Origin: Candidatus Zixiibacteriota bacterium
Lineage (GTDB): Bacteria > Zixibacteria > MSB-5A5 > GN15 > FEB-12
Assembly (NCBI GenBank): GCA_041742355.1
Contig: JBGSIV010000039.1
Span: 1 to 16,103, forward strand
DNA: 16,103 nucleotides
Direction of reading: 5' to 3'
A program made the translations under genes and the position numbers. This document shows positions 8,061-16,055 of this stretch, piece after piece. Within the stretch, counting starts at the first letter, position 1. Each line of letters opens with the position of its first letter. The notes under the pieces were generated by a model, which was not told the DNA's origin, ran no database searches, and was given only the letters and a program-made list of their open reading frames with translations.

Positions 8061-9056
8061 CTATCTTCCCAAATCCCCCAACGAATCCGCCGCTGTCGGC
8101 GGCGGTGCATCCGTCTTCTTCGGCCACACCAGCGAAGCCACCACCGACAACACCAAAACCAGCGCGATCGCCCCTAAAGACAACCCGATCGGCACCTTGT
8201 ACCATTCGACAATCAGCATCTTGATGCCCACAAATACGAGGATGATCGACAGTCCGTAGTGCAAGTGGTGAAACAGCCGCATTACCCCGGCCAGCGCGAA
8301 GTACAGCGCCCGCAGGCCGAGGATCGCGAACACGTTCGCCGTGAACACGATAAACGGATCCTGCGTCACCGCGAAAATCGCGGGTATTGAGTCCACCGCG
8401 AAGATAATATCAGTAGTCTCCACCAGGAGCAGCACCACGAAGAGCGGGGTCGCAAAGTACTTTCCCGCCCGTCTCACGAAGAAACGTTGCCCTTCGTACT
8501 CGTTGGTTACCGGCATCATCCTGCGGAACAGCCGCAGGATCGGGTTGCGCTCCGGATGGATCTCCTTGTCCTTGGCCAGGGCCATCTTGATACCAGTGAA
8601 GACGAGGAAGAGTCCGAACAGGTAGAGGATGAAGTGGAACTTGGCGATGAGAAGCGCCCCCAGCGCAATGAAGATCGCACGGAAAATCAACGCCCCCAGT
8701 ATACCCCAGAAGAGCACCCGGTGCTGGTACTCGGCCGGAACGCGGAAGTACCCGAAGAGCAGTAGAAAAACAAAAATGTTGTCGACACTCAGCGATTTCT
8801 CGATGAGAAACCCGGTTACAAACGCCAGCGCCGCCGACGTTCCCGTCCCCGGCGTCAACACTTCGTACCGGTAGTAGACGAACCCCGCAAAACCCATCGC
8901 CAGCGCGATCCAGATCACCGTCCAGGTCAACGACTCCCGGACCGACACGACATGCGCCTTGCGGTGAAAAACCCCGAGATCGAGCGCCAGCATTCCCAGC
9001 ACCATCGCCGTGAACGCCGCGTACAGATAGGTCGTATTCTGAAGAAAAGTATCCAC
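8061..9056 (-). CDS. terC: TerC/Alx family integral membrane protein (Mn-related)
   Basis: LALDLGVFHRKAH, IEKSLSVDNIFVF, QHRVLFWGILGALIFR, ETTDIIFAVDSIPAIFAVTQDPFIVFTANVFAILGLRALYF. GTG start. Confidence 0.95.
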   Translation of the reverse strand: MDTFLQNTTYLYAAFTAMVLGMLALDLGVFHRKAHVVSVRESLTWTVIWIALAMGFAGFVYYRYEVLTPGTGTSAALAFVTGFLIEKSLSVDNIFVFLLLFGYFRVPAEYQHRVLFWGILGALIFRAIFIALGALLIAKFHFILYLFGLFLVFTGIKMALAKDKEIHPERNPILRLFRRMMPVTNEYEGQRFFVRRAGKYFATPLFVVLLLVETTDIIFAVDSIPAIFAVTQDPFIVFTANVFAILGLRALYFALAGVMRLFHHLHYGLSIILVFVGIKMLIVEWYKVPIGLSLGAIALVLVLSVVASLVWPKKTDAPPPTAADSLGDLGR

Positions 9057-9151
9057 TGCTGTTCAACCTGTGTAGAAAGTGTGTTCCTGTGACTCTATGA
9101 CAGCACAGAACCATCTACTGCAATTACTTGTTCCGACCGACTGCTCGCAAC

Positions 9152-9175
9152 AAAAAAGCCGGCCATGCGGCCGGC
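9152..9175 (-). terminator. Intrinsic terminator after the 3xSdrD-B lipoprotein gene
   Basis: Minus strand GCCGGCC-GCAT-GGCCGGC followed by TTTTTT. Confidence 0.85.
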
Positions 9176-9215
9176 CGGTCCCGGAAAGCCCTGTCGCGGC
9201 TTCCATGCCCTAAGG

Positions 9216-11369
9216 TCAATCATCGTCGTCATCGTCCGATGAGCCGCATTTCCCCGGGCCGATATCCCCCTTGTTGTACCGTTCAATCTCCTGCCGCCAG
9301 TCTTGCACCCTGCGGCGCTCGGATTCAGGAAGGTGCTCCCAGTCGCTCAGGCTGTTCTGGGCCAGGAACTGGTCGGCCGCGCTCACTGTGCTTCGGATCG
9401 CGCTGTCATCCGCACCCATCTTGAAATTCAGCTTGGCCGCAAGCAACTCGGCGTAGAGCTTCTGCATCTCCCCCTTTCCGACCGAACTCCATTCCTCACG
9501 GAAGATCTCCCAGGCCATCCTGCTGGTCGTCACCGCGACTGAATGCATTCCCCCGACTGTCCCGAGGTGGATCGGAAGGAGCGGGCCGACCAGATCAGGG
9601 TCGTCGTCATGCCCAGCGTGCTTTTCCCAGTAGCTCTTGTCACGCGTGCACCCGAACGACTGGGGCGGCTGGTTAATACCGGCGTCGATCGTCATATCGT
9701 TTTCGCCGGATCGCTGCTCGAAGCAGGCCGTATATCCGTTTTGGTCAGCATCGGAGTCGACCGCGTTGTTGCTTCCCTGGTCTCGCGGACTGTACTCCCA
9801 TCCGTTGGGCCGGACGAACCGCACGCGGTAGTCCCCCGGCTCGACATCGTTGAAACGATAGTCGCCATTGCCGTCGGTGGTCGTCTCCTGCAGCGTGTTG
9901 CCGTCGCAATCGAGCAGCCGCACAACCACCCCCGGCACTCCCCCCTCGCCGCGGTCGCGAATGCCGTTTCTATTGGCATCGTTCCACACCTGGTCCCCCA
10001 CAGCACCCGGTTGCTCGCTGGCCTGCTGGTACATCCCCGCGTCCCAGGAGAGGTCGGTTTCCCCGGCCGACAAGCCTATGCACTGCGTCCATCCGCTGCC
10101 GTCCACATCGGAGTCGGTCGGTCCTCCTTGTCCCCTCGGGCTGAAGGTCCAACCGCCCGGCAGGAGAAACCGGAGGCGGTAATTTCCCGGCGCGGTGATG
10201 AACCGGTACGAGCCGCTTCCATCGGTCGTTGTCTGTGCCAGTTGATTGCTCTGGCAATCGAGCAGGAGGACTGTAGCGCCCTGGACACTCGGCTCGCCAC
10301 TATCCTGTATTCCGTTTTGATTGGAGTCATTCCAGACCCGGTCACCGATAGTTGCATTCTGCGGTGACGATGGCGTGTACAGACCGAAATCGAAAGACAT
10401 ATCCGCTTCGTCGTCCTCCAGGGTGATGCACTCGGCGAAACCGTCTGTCCCCGCGTCGCTGTCCGCATCATCATTCCCCCCCTGATTGGCCGGGCTGATT
10501 TGCCACCCATCGGGCGGCCGCACCCGAACGCGGTAATCGCCGGCAACCAGCCCATCGAACAGATACTGCCCCGAGCCGTCGGTCGTGACATACCGGATTA
10601 TGACATTTTCACACCCGAGCAGTTGCACCACTACGCCGGCGACTCCTGACTCCCCGGTATCCTGGACACCGTTCTGATTCGTGTCGTTCCAGACTCGGTC
10701 GCCGATACTGGTGGTGGCTGCCGCACCGCGCTGGAAATTGAAACGCAGCAGCGTCCAGTTGCCGCCGGTTTCCGCGGTGGTCGCGCCGCACATCAGCGTC
10801 CGTTCTCCCCCGAGATTTCCATCGGGCTGATCCTCGCTGACATATGTGTCCGACGCCACACCGATCGTGTCACATATGCTGGTGCCATTGACGGAGTAGC
10901 ACACAATCAAGCGGGGTCCGTTCTGGCCCACCTCGCGCGAGCGAAATTCCGTCACGGGGTACGGCAGGCTGTCCTGGACCAGCACCAATCCGTAGTTCTG
11001 CGACAGGTCTTCAAACCAGTCGCGGACCGCCGCGGTGACGGGAACCGCGATCCAGCTTTCACTCGACGCATAAAACGTTCCGATTGCTCCGGGGAGGTAG
11101 GCGCTGTCAAGGCTGTTCCAGGTTACCGTCCCGTTGTCCCAGGCCGAATTCACCCGGTATACGCGCACGCGTGACCCCGCCCCCTGTGCGCAGTACATTC
11201 GCAACGACGCCCCGTCGATCGAGGCATTCGAGGGAATCACGAGCGGATCGCTTGGCGGATTTTCGTTACGAAAGGGCGGTTCTGTGGGGCCATCGACTTC
11301 ACTGTCGCAACTGAGCACCAACAAAAGCAGCGCCAGAAGCGGCCACAATGCGCGGATGCTTCTCTGCAT
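9216..11369 (-). CDS. Lipoprotein: permuted DNRLRE-like domain + 3 SdrD B-like repeats + GCT/YWxxH C-terminal domain
   Basis: RBS GGAGG before ATG 11369; lipobox-like LLLVLS-C; three (I/V)GD(R/Q)VWNDxNxNGx(Q/R)DxGE repeats, each ending in a DxxxD(F/A)G motif. Confidence 0.9.
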   Translation of the reverse strand: MQRSIRALWPLLALLLLVLSCDSEVDGPTEPPFRNENPPSDPLVIPSNASIDGASLRMYCAQGAGSRVRVYRVNSAWDNGTVTWNSLDSAYLPGAIGTFYASSESWIAVPVTAAVRDWFEDLSQNYGLVLVQDSLPYPVTEFRSREVGQNGPRLIVCYSVNGTSICDTIGVASDTYVSEDQPDGNLGGERTLMCGATTAETGGNWTLLRFNFQRGAAATTSIGDRVWNDTNQNGVQDTGESGVAGVVVQLLGCENVIIRYVTTDGSGQYLFDGLVAGDYRVRVRPPDGWQISPANQGGNDDADSDAGTDGFAECITLEDDEADMSFDFGLYTPSSPQNATIGDRVWNDSNQNGIQDSGEPSVQGATVLLLDCQSNQLAQTTTDGSGSYRFITAPGNYRLRFLLPGGWTFSPRGQGGPTDSDVDGSGWTQCIGLSAGETDLSWDAGMYQQASEQPGAVGDQVWNDANRNGIRDRGEGGVPGVVVRLLDCDGNTLQETTTDGNGDYRFNDVEPGDYRVRFVRPNGWEYSPRDQGSNNAVDSDADQNGYTACFEQRSGENDMTIDAGINQPPQSFGCTRDKSYWEKHAGHDDDPDLVGPLLPIHLGTVGGMHSVAVTTSRMAWEIFREEWSSVGKGEMQKLYAELLAAKLNFKMGADDSAIRSTVSAADQFLAQNSLSDWEHLPESERRRVQDWRQEIERYNKGDIGPGKCGSSDDDDDD
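9680..10707 (-). repeat. Three intragenic SdrD B-like repeats of about 110 aa
   Basis: Repeats start at IGDRVWNDTNQNG, IGDRVWNDSNQNG and VGDQVWNDANRNG. Each carries a conserved Cys pair (LL[G/D]C ... [E/Q/A]C[I/F]). Boundaries approximate. Confidence 0.9.
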
Positions 11370-11681
11370 GGGGGCGTCCTCCTCCCCGGGTAAATCGAGC
11401 CGGTGCTTCATGTCCTCCCTGCTTCCGCACATCGTCAGCCACGAGCTTCAGGCACTCGCACAACCGGGCATAGTGCGGCAGGACACCGGCCGAACAGACT
11501 TCGGCTATGCCCGAATGAAGCGCCAATGTGGAGAGGAATCAGCAGGAAGCCGGGTGCGCTCGCGGGAAGCGCTGCGGGGGCGGAATTGGCGGGATCGCAG
11601 GGGCTATCTCTGCTTCTTCTAACAGCACAGAAAATGTGGAGTTCCCCGCCCTCGCACCGGCCACTCTTCTGCCCGGCAGGC

Positions 11682-11714
11682 AAAAAGAAACCCGCGGGCG
11701 TTTACCCGCGGGTT
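11682..11714 (-). terminator. Intrinsic terminator after the 1xSdrD-B lipoprotein gene
   Basis: AACCCGCGGG / CCCGCGGGTT 10-bp stem followed by TCTTTTT on the minus strand. Confidence 0.85.
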
Positions 11715-11735
11715 CTTATGCAAATCTCGTGAAGT

Positions 11736-13190
11736 CTAGTTGGAATCGTCGCCGCAGTCTTCACCGAACGCGTCGCTCTCACAGTGGCCGGGCCCGATGC
11801 AACCATTGTTGTACTGGTCGAACAGGCTGGCCCAGTTGAGGACTTTCGCGCGATTCTGCCTCGACAGACTCGCCCAGTCGGCCGAATTGAACATCGCAAG
11901 GAACGCGTCGGCATCGGCCACCGCCGTGCCAAGCGCCGCGCCGCTCGTACCGGCCGCGACATTCAACTTCGCCGCCAGCAGGTTGCGGTAAAGCTTGAGG
12001 ATGCCATTGGAGGCTTTGGCTTCGGCATACTTGTAGTCCAGAATCGCCACCGCCATCGCGGCATCGGTCACCTGGACGCTCTTGCCAGCGCCGGTGCCCA
12101 GCCAGATCGGCAGGTACTGCGTCACGACATCAGCCTGCGGGCCGAAGCCGGCATGCGTCTTCCAGTAGCCCGGGGTGCGGGTGCAGCCGGTTTCCATCTC
12201 CATGCACAGACCCAGGTCCCAGGTCAGGTCGGTCTCGCCGCCCACCAGCTCGGTGCACATCGTCAGACCAGTGGCGTCGGCGTCGGAGTCCATCGCGTCG
12301 TTCATACCCTGATCCATCGGGGCCGCGTAGTAGCCCGTCGGCAGCACGAAGTGGATCTTGTAGCTGCCCGGCATGAGGTCGCAGAACAGGTAGTTGCCCA
12401 TGGCGTCGGTGGTCGTCTCGCCCAGGATACCGCCTTCGCAGTCCATCAGGTGCACGGTGATGCCCGCGGCGCCCAATTCGCCTTCATCCTGGATACCGTC
12501 GCAGTTGCTGTCGTACCATACGCGGTCGCCAATGCAGGCCAGTTCCGGCTCGTCCTGGGTCAGGTCAAACCAGAACAGCGCCCACTTGTTCGGCTCGGCT
12601 TCGGCGTACCGGCCGGTGTAGACGAACTCGACCGCGCCGTAGTTGGCGTTGCCTTCGTTCTCAAGAATGTAGGTGTCCATGTCAACCGTGACGTCCACGC
12701 ACTGGCTTTGGCCGTTGAGCTCGTAGCAGATGTGCAGGTAGGCCGGGTTCTCGCCGAACTCCTTCGAGAAGTACAGCGAACGGGGCCATTCCAGCGCGTC
12801 CTGGTTGAGCAGGATCCCGTAGTTCGGGTAGGTGCCGGCCAGCCACTCGCCCACCAGCGTGGTCACGTCAACCGAGTACCAGTCAACCGTGGTGTTGGTG
12901 AAACCGCCGTAGACGGCGGCGTCAAAAGCGCTGTCAAAGCTGTTCCAGGTCACGGTCATTTCGGCCCAGTCGGCCGTGATGCCGTGCACGTTGACGTGCT
13001 GGCCGCTCGGGTTGCCGACAAAGACGTTGAAAGACGCCGATTCCAGGGTCGCCCCGGCCGGCAGCTCAAAGGCGCCCGACAGGGCCGCCAAGTTCTGGGT
13101 GCTCTGCATCGGGGTCTTTTCGCTGCTACAGCCCGCAATCACCAGCGCGAGTGCAACAACAGGAATCAGCAACTTGGCTGATTTGAACAT
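11736..13190 (-). CDS. Lipoprotein paralog: permuted DNRLRE-like domain + 1 SdrD B-like repeat + GCT/YWxxH C-terminal domain
   Basis: RBS AGGAGG; lipobox LVIAG-C; VTWNS, DVTTLVGEW, NYGILL, IGDRVWYDSNCDGIQDEGE, GCTRTPGYWKTH, LLAAKLN. Confidence 0.92.
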   Translation of the reverse strand: MFKSAKLLIPVVALALVIAGCSSEKTPMQSTQNLAALSGAFELPAGATLESASFNVFVGNPSGQHVNVHGITADWAEMTVTWNSFDSAFDAAVYGGFTNTTVDWYSVDVTTLVGEWLAGTYPNYGILLNQDALEWPRSLYFSKEFGENPAYLHICYELNGQSQCVDVTVDMDTYILENEGNANYGAVEFVYTGRYAEAEPNKWALFWFDLTQDEPELACIGDRVWYDSNCDGIQDEGELGAAGITVHLMDCEGGILGETTTDAMGNYLFCDLMPGSYKIHFVLPTGYYAAPMDQGMNDAMDSDADATGLTMCTELVGGETDLTWDLGLCMEMETGCTRTPGYWKTHAGFGPQADVVTQYLPIWLGTGAGKSVQVTDAAMAVAILDYKYAEAKASNGILKLYRNLLAAKLNVAAGTSGAALGTAVADADAFLAMFNSADWASLSRQNRAKVLNWASLFDQYNNGCIGPGHCESDAFGEDCGDDSN

Positions 13191-13345
13191 GGGTAGATCC
13201 TCCTGAACTGACAGTAGGTTAGTTATCGATCAAGTTGGTCCGGTTTTTCACCTGAGTAAACGTCCCTATCCGGCGTTATTACGCTGTGACACGGATGTCG
13301 GTCGAACTGAAGAATCGGAGAAGAAATAACCTGCTGACGTACTCT

Positions 13346-13373
13346 AATATACAGAGGAATCTCCGACTGTAAA
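13346..13373 (-). promoter_or_regulatory. Possible sigma70 promoter for the 13190 lipoprotein gene
   Basis: Minus strand TTTACA-N16-TATATT. Confidence 0.45.
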
Positions 13374-13810
13374 GTCCTTTTATGCGACAATTGGCATCCT
13401 GCCTGAGAGTCGCTGCACTGTTCTCCTGGTCTTTGGAAGAGGGGCCGCCAAGGTTACCCTCCGCCTGCCTTCCTCATCCTGAGTCAGCGCAAGCCGAGGG
13501 ACCACATCCTGGCAGTTAGAAGAATTTCAGTCCCCGATATACTACATCCTTTATTCACAACTTCCAGCCATCATGGTTCCTCGTACCGAGCGGAAGAACC
13601 GTCCATCGTTTTCGATCCAAGGCTGGATACGTCCGTATTCCCGAAATTGTAGCGAATCTCGTGCCGATTCCGGCCACCCAAGCCTAACCCTGTGCAAGAC
13701 AAGCACAATGCCCAACAATCATACAGAAAAATCCCACAGGATACACCCTCAGTGGTCACCACAATATTGCAAGCCGTTGCGATTGTTGCGCTTGAAGATT
13801 CACGTCGGCA

Positions 13811-13826
13811 CGGCCCGCGACTTGCA
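13811..13826 (+). promoter_or_regulatory. Sigma54-like (-24/-12) promoter for the FN3 gene
   Basis: CGGCCCG-CGAC-TTGCA versus consensus TGGCACG-N4-TTGCW, exact GG-N10-GC spacing, 35 nt before the RBS. Confidence 0.5.
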
Positions 13827-13870
13827 TCCATGCGCCTGCCTTGAAAGCCACCGAACCCTTTGGAGGTGAA

Positions 13871-15952
13871 ATGGAGACATCTCGAACGTGCAAAGGACCG
13901 CACACCTGGTCCCTCGCTCTTCTTACCTGCCTGTGCCTGACTCTTCTGACGTACCACAGTGCTTCGGCCTCTCTGAAGGCCCCGTCCGCTTCCCCCAACT
14001 CCATCACCCTGTCGTGGACTGCACCGGGCGATGACACCACTGACGGACAGGCGTCCCAGTACGACCTGCGCTATTCTCTCGCCCCGATCTCCGAAGCTAA
14101 CTGGAACTCGGCCACCCAGGCAGTTGGCGAGCCCACCCCGTCGGTCGCCGGCACTGTCGAATCTTTCACCGTAACCGGCCTTACCTCCGGCACCACCTAC
14201 TATTTCGCCATTAAGGCCGCCGACGAGATTCCCAACTGGTCAGCCCTCTCCAATGTCGTCAGCGCCGCCACCGACCCCGAAGCCACGTCGCCGGCCGCAG
14301 TCGCCGACCTTGCGGGCAGCAACATAACACCCACGACGCTGAACCTCTCTTGGACCGCTCCGGGCGACGATGGCAACACCGGCACGGCAACGACGTACGA
14401 CATTCGCTACGCCACCAGCCTGGCGGTGCTCCAGGGTTGGACCGGCGCGACCCAGCTCACGAACGAGCCCGCGCCGCTTGTGGCGGGCACCCAGCAATCC
14501 TACACAGTCACCGGGCTGCATCCGTCGACCACCTACTACTTTGCCCTGCGCGCCGCCGATGAGATCCCGAATTGGTCGGCCTCTTCCAATACCGTCACCG
14601 CGACCACGCTGCCGGAGCAGAATGTCCCCGCCAACGTGACCAACCTCGCCACTTCGTCGCCCACCACCAGCGCCGTCACCCTTTCCTGGACCTCTCCGGG
14701 TGACGATGGCAACACCGGTACCGCCGCCACGTACGACATCCGCTATTCGACGGCTTTGATCACGTCGGCCAATTTCGCCTCGGCTGTGCAGGCTTCGGGC
14801 GAACCCGCGCCAAAAGCGGCCGGCGGTGCCGAGACCTTCACCGTGACCGGTCTCTCCGCCGGCACCACCTATTATTTTGCCCTGAAGACGGCCGACGAAG
14901 TCCCCAATTGGTCGGGCCTCTCCAATGTTCCCTCAGCCACCACTACCACCCTGATCGAATCGATTCCCCCGGCCACTGTCGCCACCATGAGCGTCATCAA
15001 CCCTACCCGATCGTCGCTCACGCTCCTGTGGATCGCTCCCGGTGATGACGGCACTACCGGTACCGCGACAACGTACGATATCCGCTACTCGACTACGCCG
15101 ATCTCCGGCGGCACCACCTGGAACAATGCCACGCAAGTGCAGAACGAGCATGCTCCCTCTCTCGCCGGCACCCCCGAAACCCTCACCGTCAACGGCCTGA
15201 ACGAAGCTACCACTTACTACTTCGCGCTTCGAACAGCAGATGAAGTCCCGAACTGGTCCGGTATCTCCAATGTCCCGTTTGGCACCACCGCGACTGATCA
15301 GACCCCCCCTTCGGCCATCGGCGATCTCCAGGCTTCAACCGGCCCTACTCAGGGGACGGTCGAACTTGGCTGGACCGCTCCTGGCGATGACGGCGCTCAG
15401 GGCCGCGCCACTGTCTACGAAATTCGCTATGCACTGGATTCAATTACCAGCGTGAACTGGGCTCAGGCGACCCTGTGGCCCGCCCCCCCTGCGCCCCTCG
15501 ACGCCGGCCAGCCCCAGAGCGTTGTTCTCACCGGGCTGCAGCCGGGAACGGTCTACTATATCGGGGTGAAGGCCCGCGATGACGCCAATAACATCGCTCC
15601 TCTGTCCAACATCGATTCCGCCGTCGCAAAATTCGAACTCGTCCTCGATGTCGATGACGATGAAACCACACCCGACGGCTACATCCTGTCGCAGAACTAC
15701 CCTAACCCCTTTAACCCCAGTACTGAGATCCGGGTGACCCTGCCCCGTACGGCCGACGCTACCCTGACCGTCTACAACACCGCCGGCCAGGAGGTGGCCA
15801 CGCTCGTGGACGGCCCCCTGTCGCCGGGCGACCACTACGTAACCTGGGACGGCAGCGACTCCCGCGGCGATGCAGTCGCCACAGGCGTCTACTACTATCG
15901 CCTCGTCGCGGGCGACCAGGTTGAGACGCGCAAGATGATGCTTTTGAAGTAG
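13871..15952 (+). CDS. Secreted protein with five fibronectin type III repeats and C-terminal FlgD-Ig/T9SS-type-A-like sorting domain
   Basis: RBS GGAGGTGA then ATG 13871; signal peptide ending ASA; five W(T/I)(A/S)PGDD...Y(D/E)(I/L)RY...GL...YY repeats; LSQNYPNPFNPST...ETRKMMLLK. Confidence 0.93.
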   Translation: METSRTCKGPHTWSLALLTCLCLTLLTYHSASASLKAPSASPNSITLSWTAPGDDTTDGQASQYDLRYSLAPISEANWNSATQAVGEPTPSVAGTVESFTVTGLTSGTTYYFAIKAADEIPNWSALSNVVSAATDPEATSPAAVADLAGSNITPTTLNLSWTAPGDDGNTGTATTYDIRYATSLAVLQGWTGATQLTNEPAPLVAGTQQSYTVTGLHPSTTYYFALRAADEIPNWSASSNTVTATTLPEQNVPANVTNLATSSPTTSAVTLSWTSPGDDGNTGTAATYDIRYSTALITSANFASAVQASGEPAPKAAGGAETFTVTGLSAGTTYYFALKTADEVPNWSGLSNVPSATTTTLIESIPPATVATMSVINPTRSSLTLLWIAPGDDGTTGTATTYDIRYSTTPISGGTTWNNATQVQNEHAPSLAGTPETLTVNGLNEATTYYFALRTADEVPNWSGISNVPFGTTATDQTPPSAIGDLQASTGPTQGTVELGWTAPGDDGAQGRATVYEIRYALDSITSVNWAQATLWPAPPAPLDAGQPQSVVLTGLQPGTVYYIGVKARDDANNIAPLSNIDSAVAKFELVLDVDDDETTPDGYILSQNYPNPFNPSTEIRVTLPRTADATLTVYNTAGQEVATLVDGPLSPGDHYVTWDGSDSRGDAVATGVYYYRLVAGDQVETRKMMLLK
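13970..15625 (+). repeat. Five intragenic FN3 repeats of about 110 aa
   Basis: LxWxxPGDD, YDIRY, TYYFA and ADExPNWS motifs recur about every 340 nt. Boundaries approximate. Confidence 0.92.
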
Positions 15953-15987
15953 CCCCTCCGTTCACCCACTGTCTCTCGTGGCACTGT

Positions 15988-16029
15988 CCCGATGGCGGTC
16001 CTTCCATACCCGCCATCGGGCTTTCGTTT
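15988..16029 (+). terminator. Intrinsic terminator after the FN3 gene
   Basis: CCCGATGGCGG (15988-15998) / CCGCCATCGGG (16010-16020) followed by CTTTCGTTT. Confidence 0.75.
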
Positions 16030-16055
16030 GCCCGCCTTCCCGGTTGCACACAGAC

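Noticed and set aside
11784..13181. 465-aa plus-strand ORF
   Set aside because: Antisense shadow of the lipoprotein gene, typical of GC-rich codon bias.
13571..13957. Short ORFs in the divergent intergenic region
   Set aside because: No RBS or motif support; the region is better explained as regulatory.
9680..15625. Nucleotide repeats as CRISPR array, DGR or mobile element
   Set aside because: All are in-frame, diverged protein-domain repeats; no cas, RT, transposase or integrase gene in the window.
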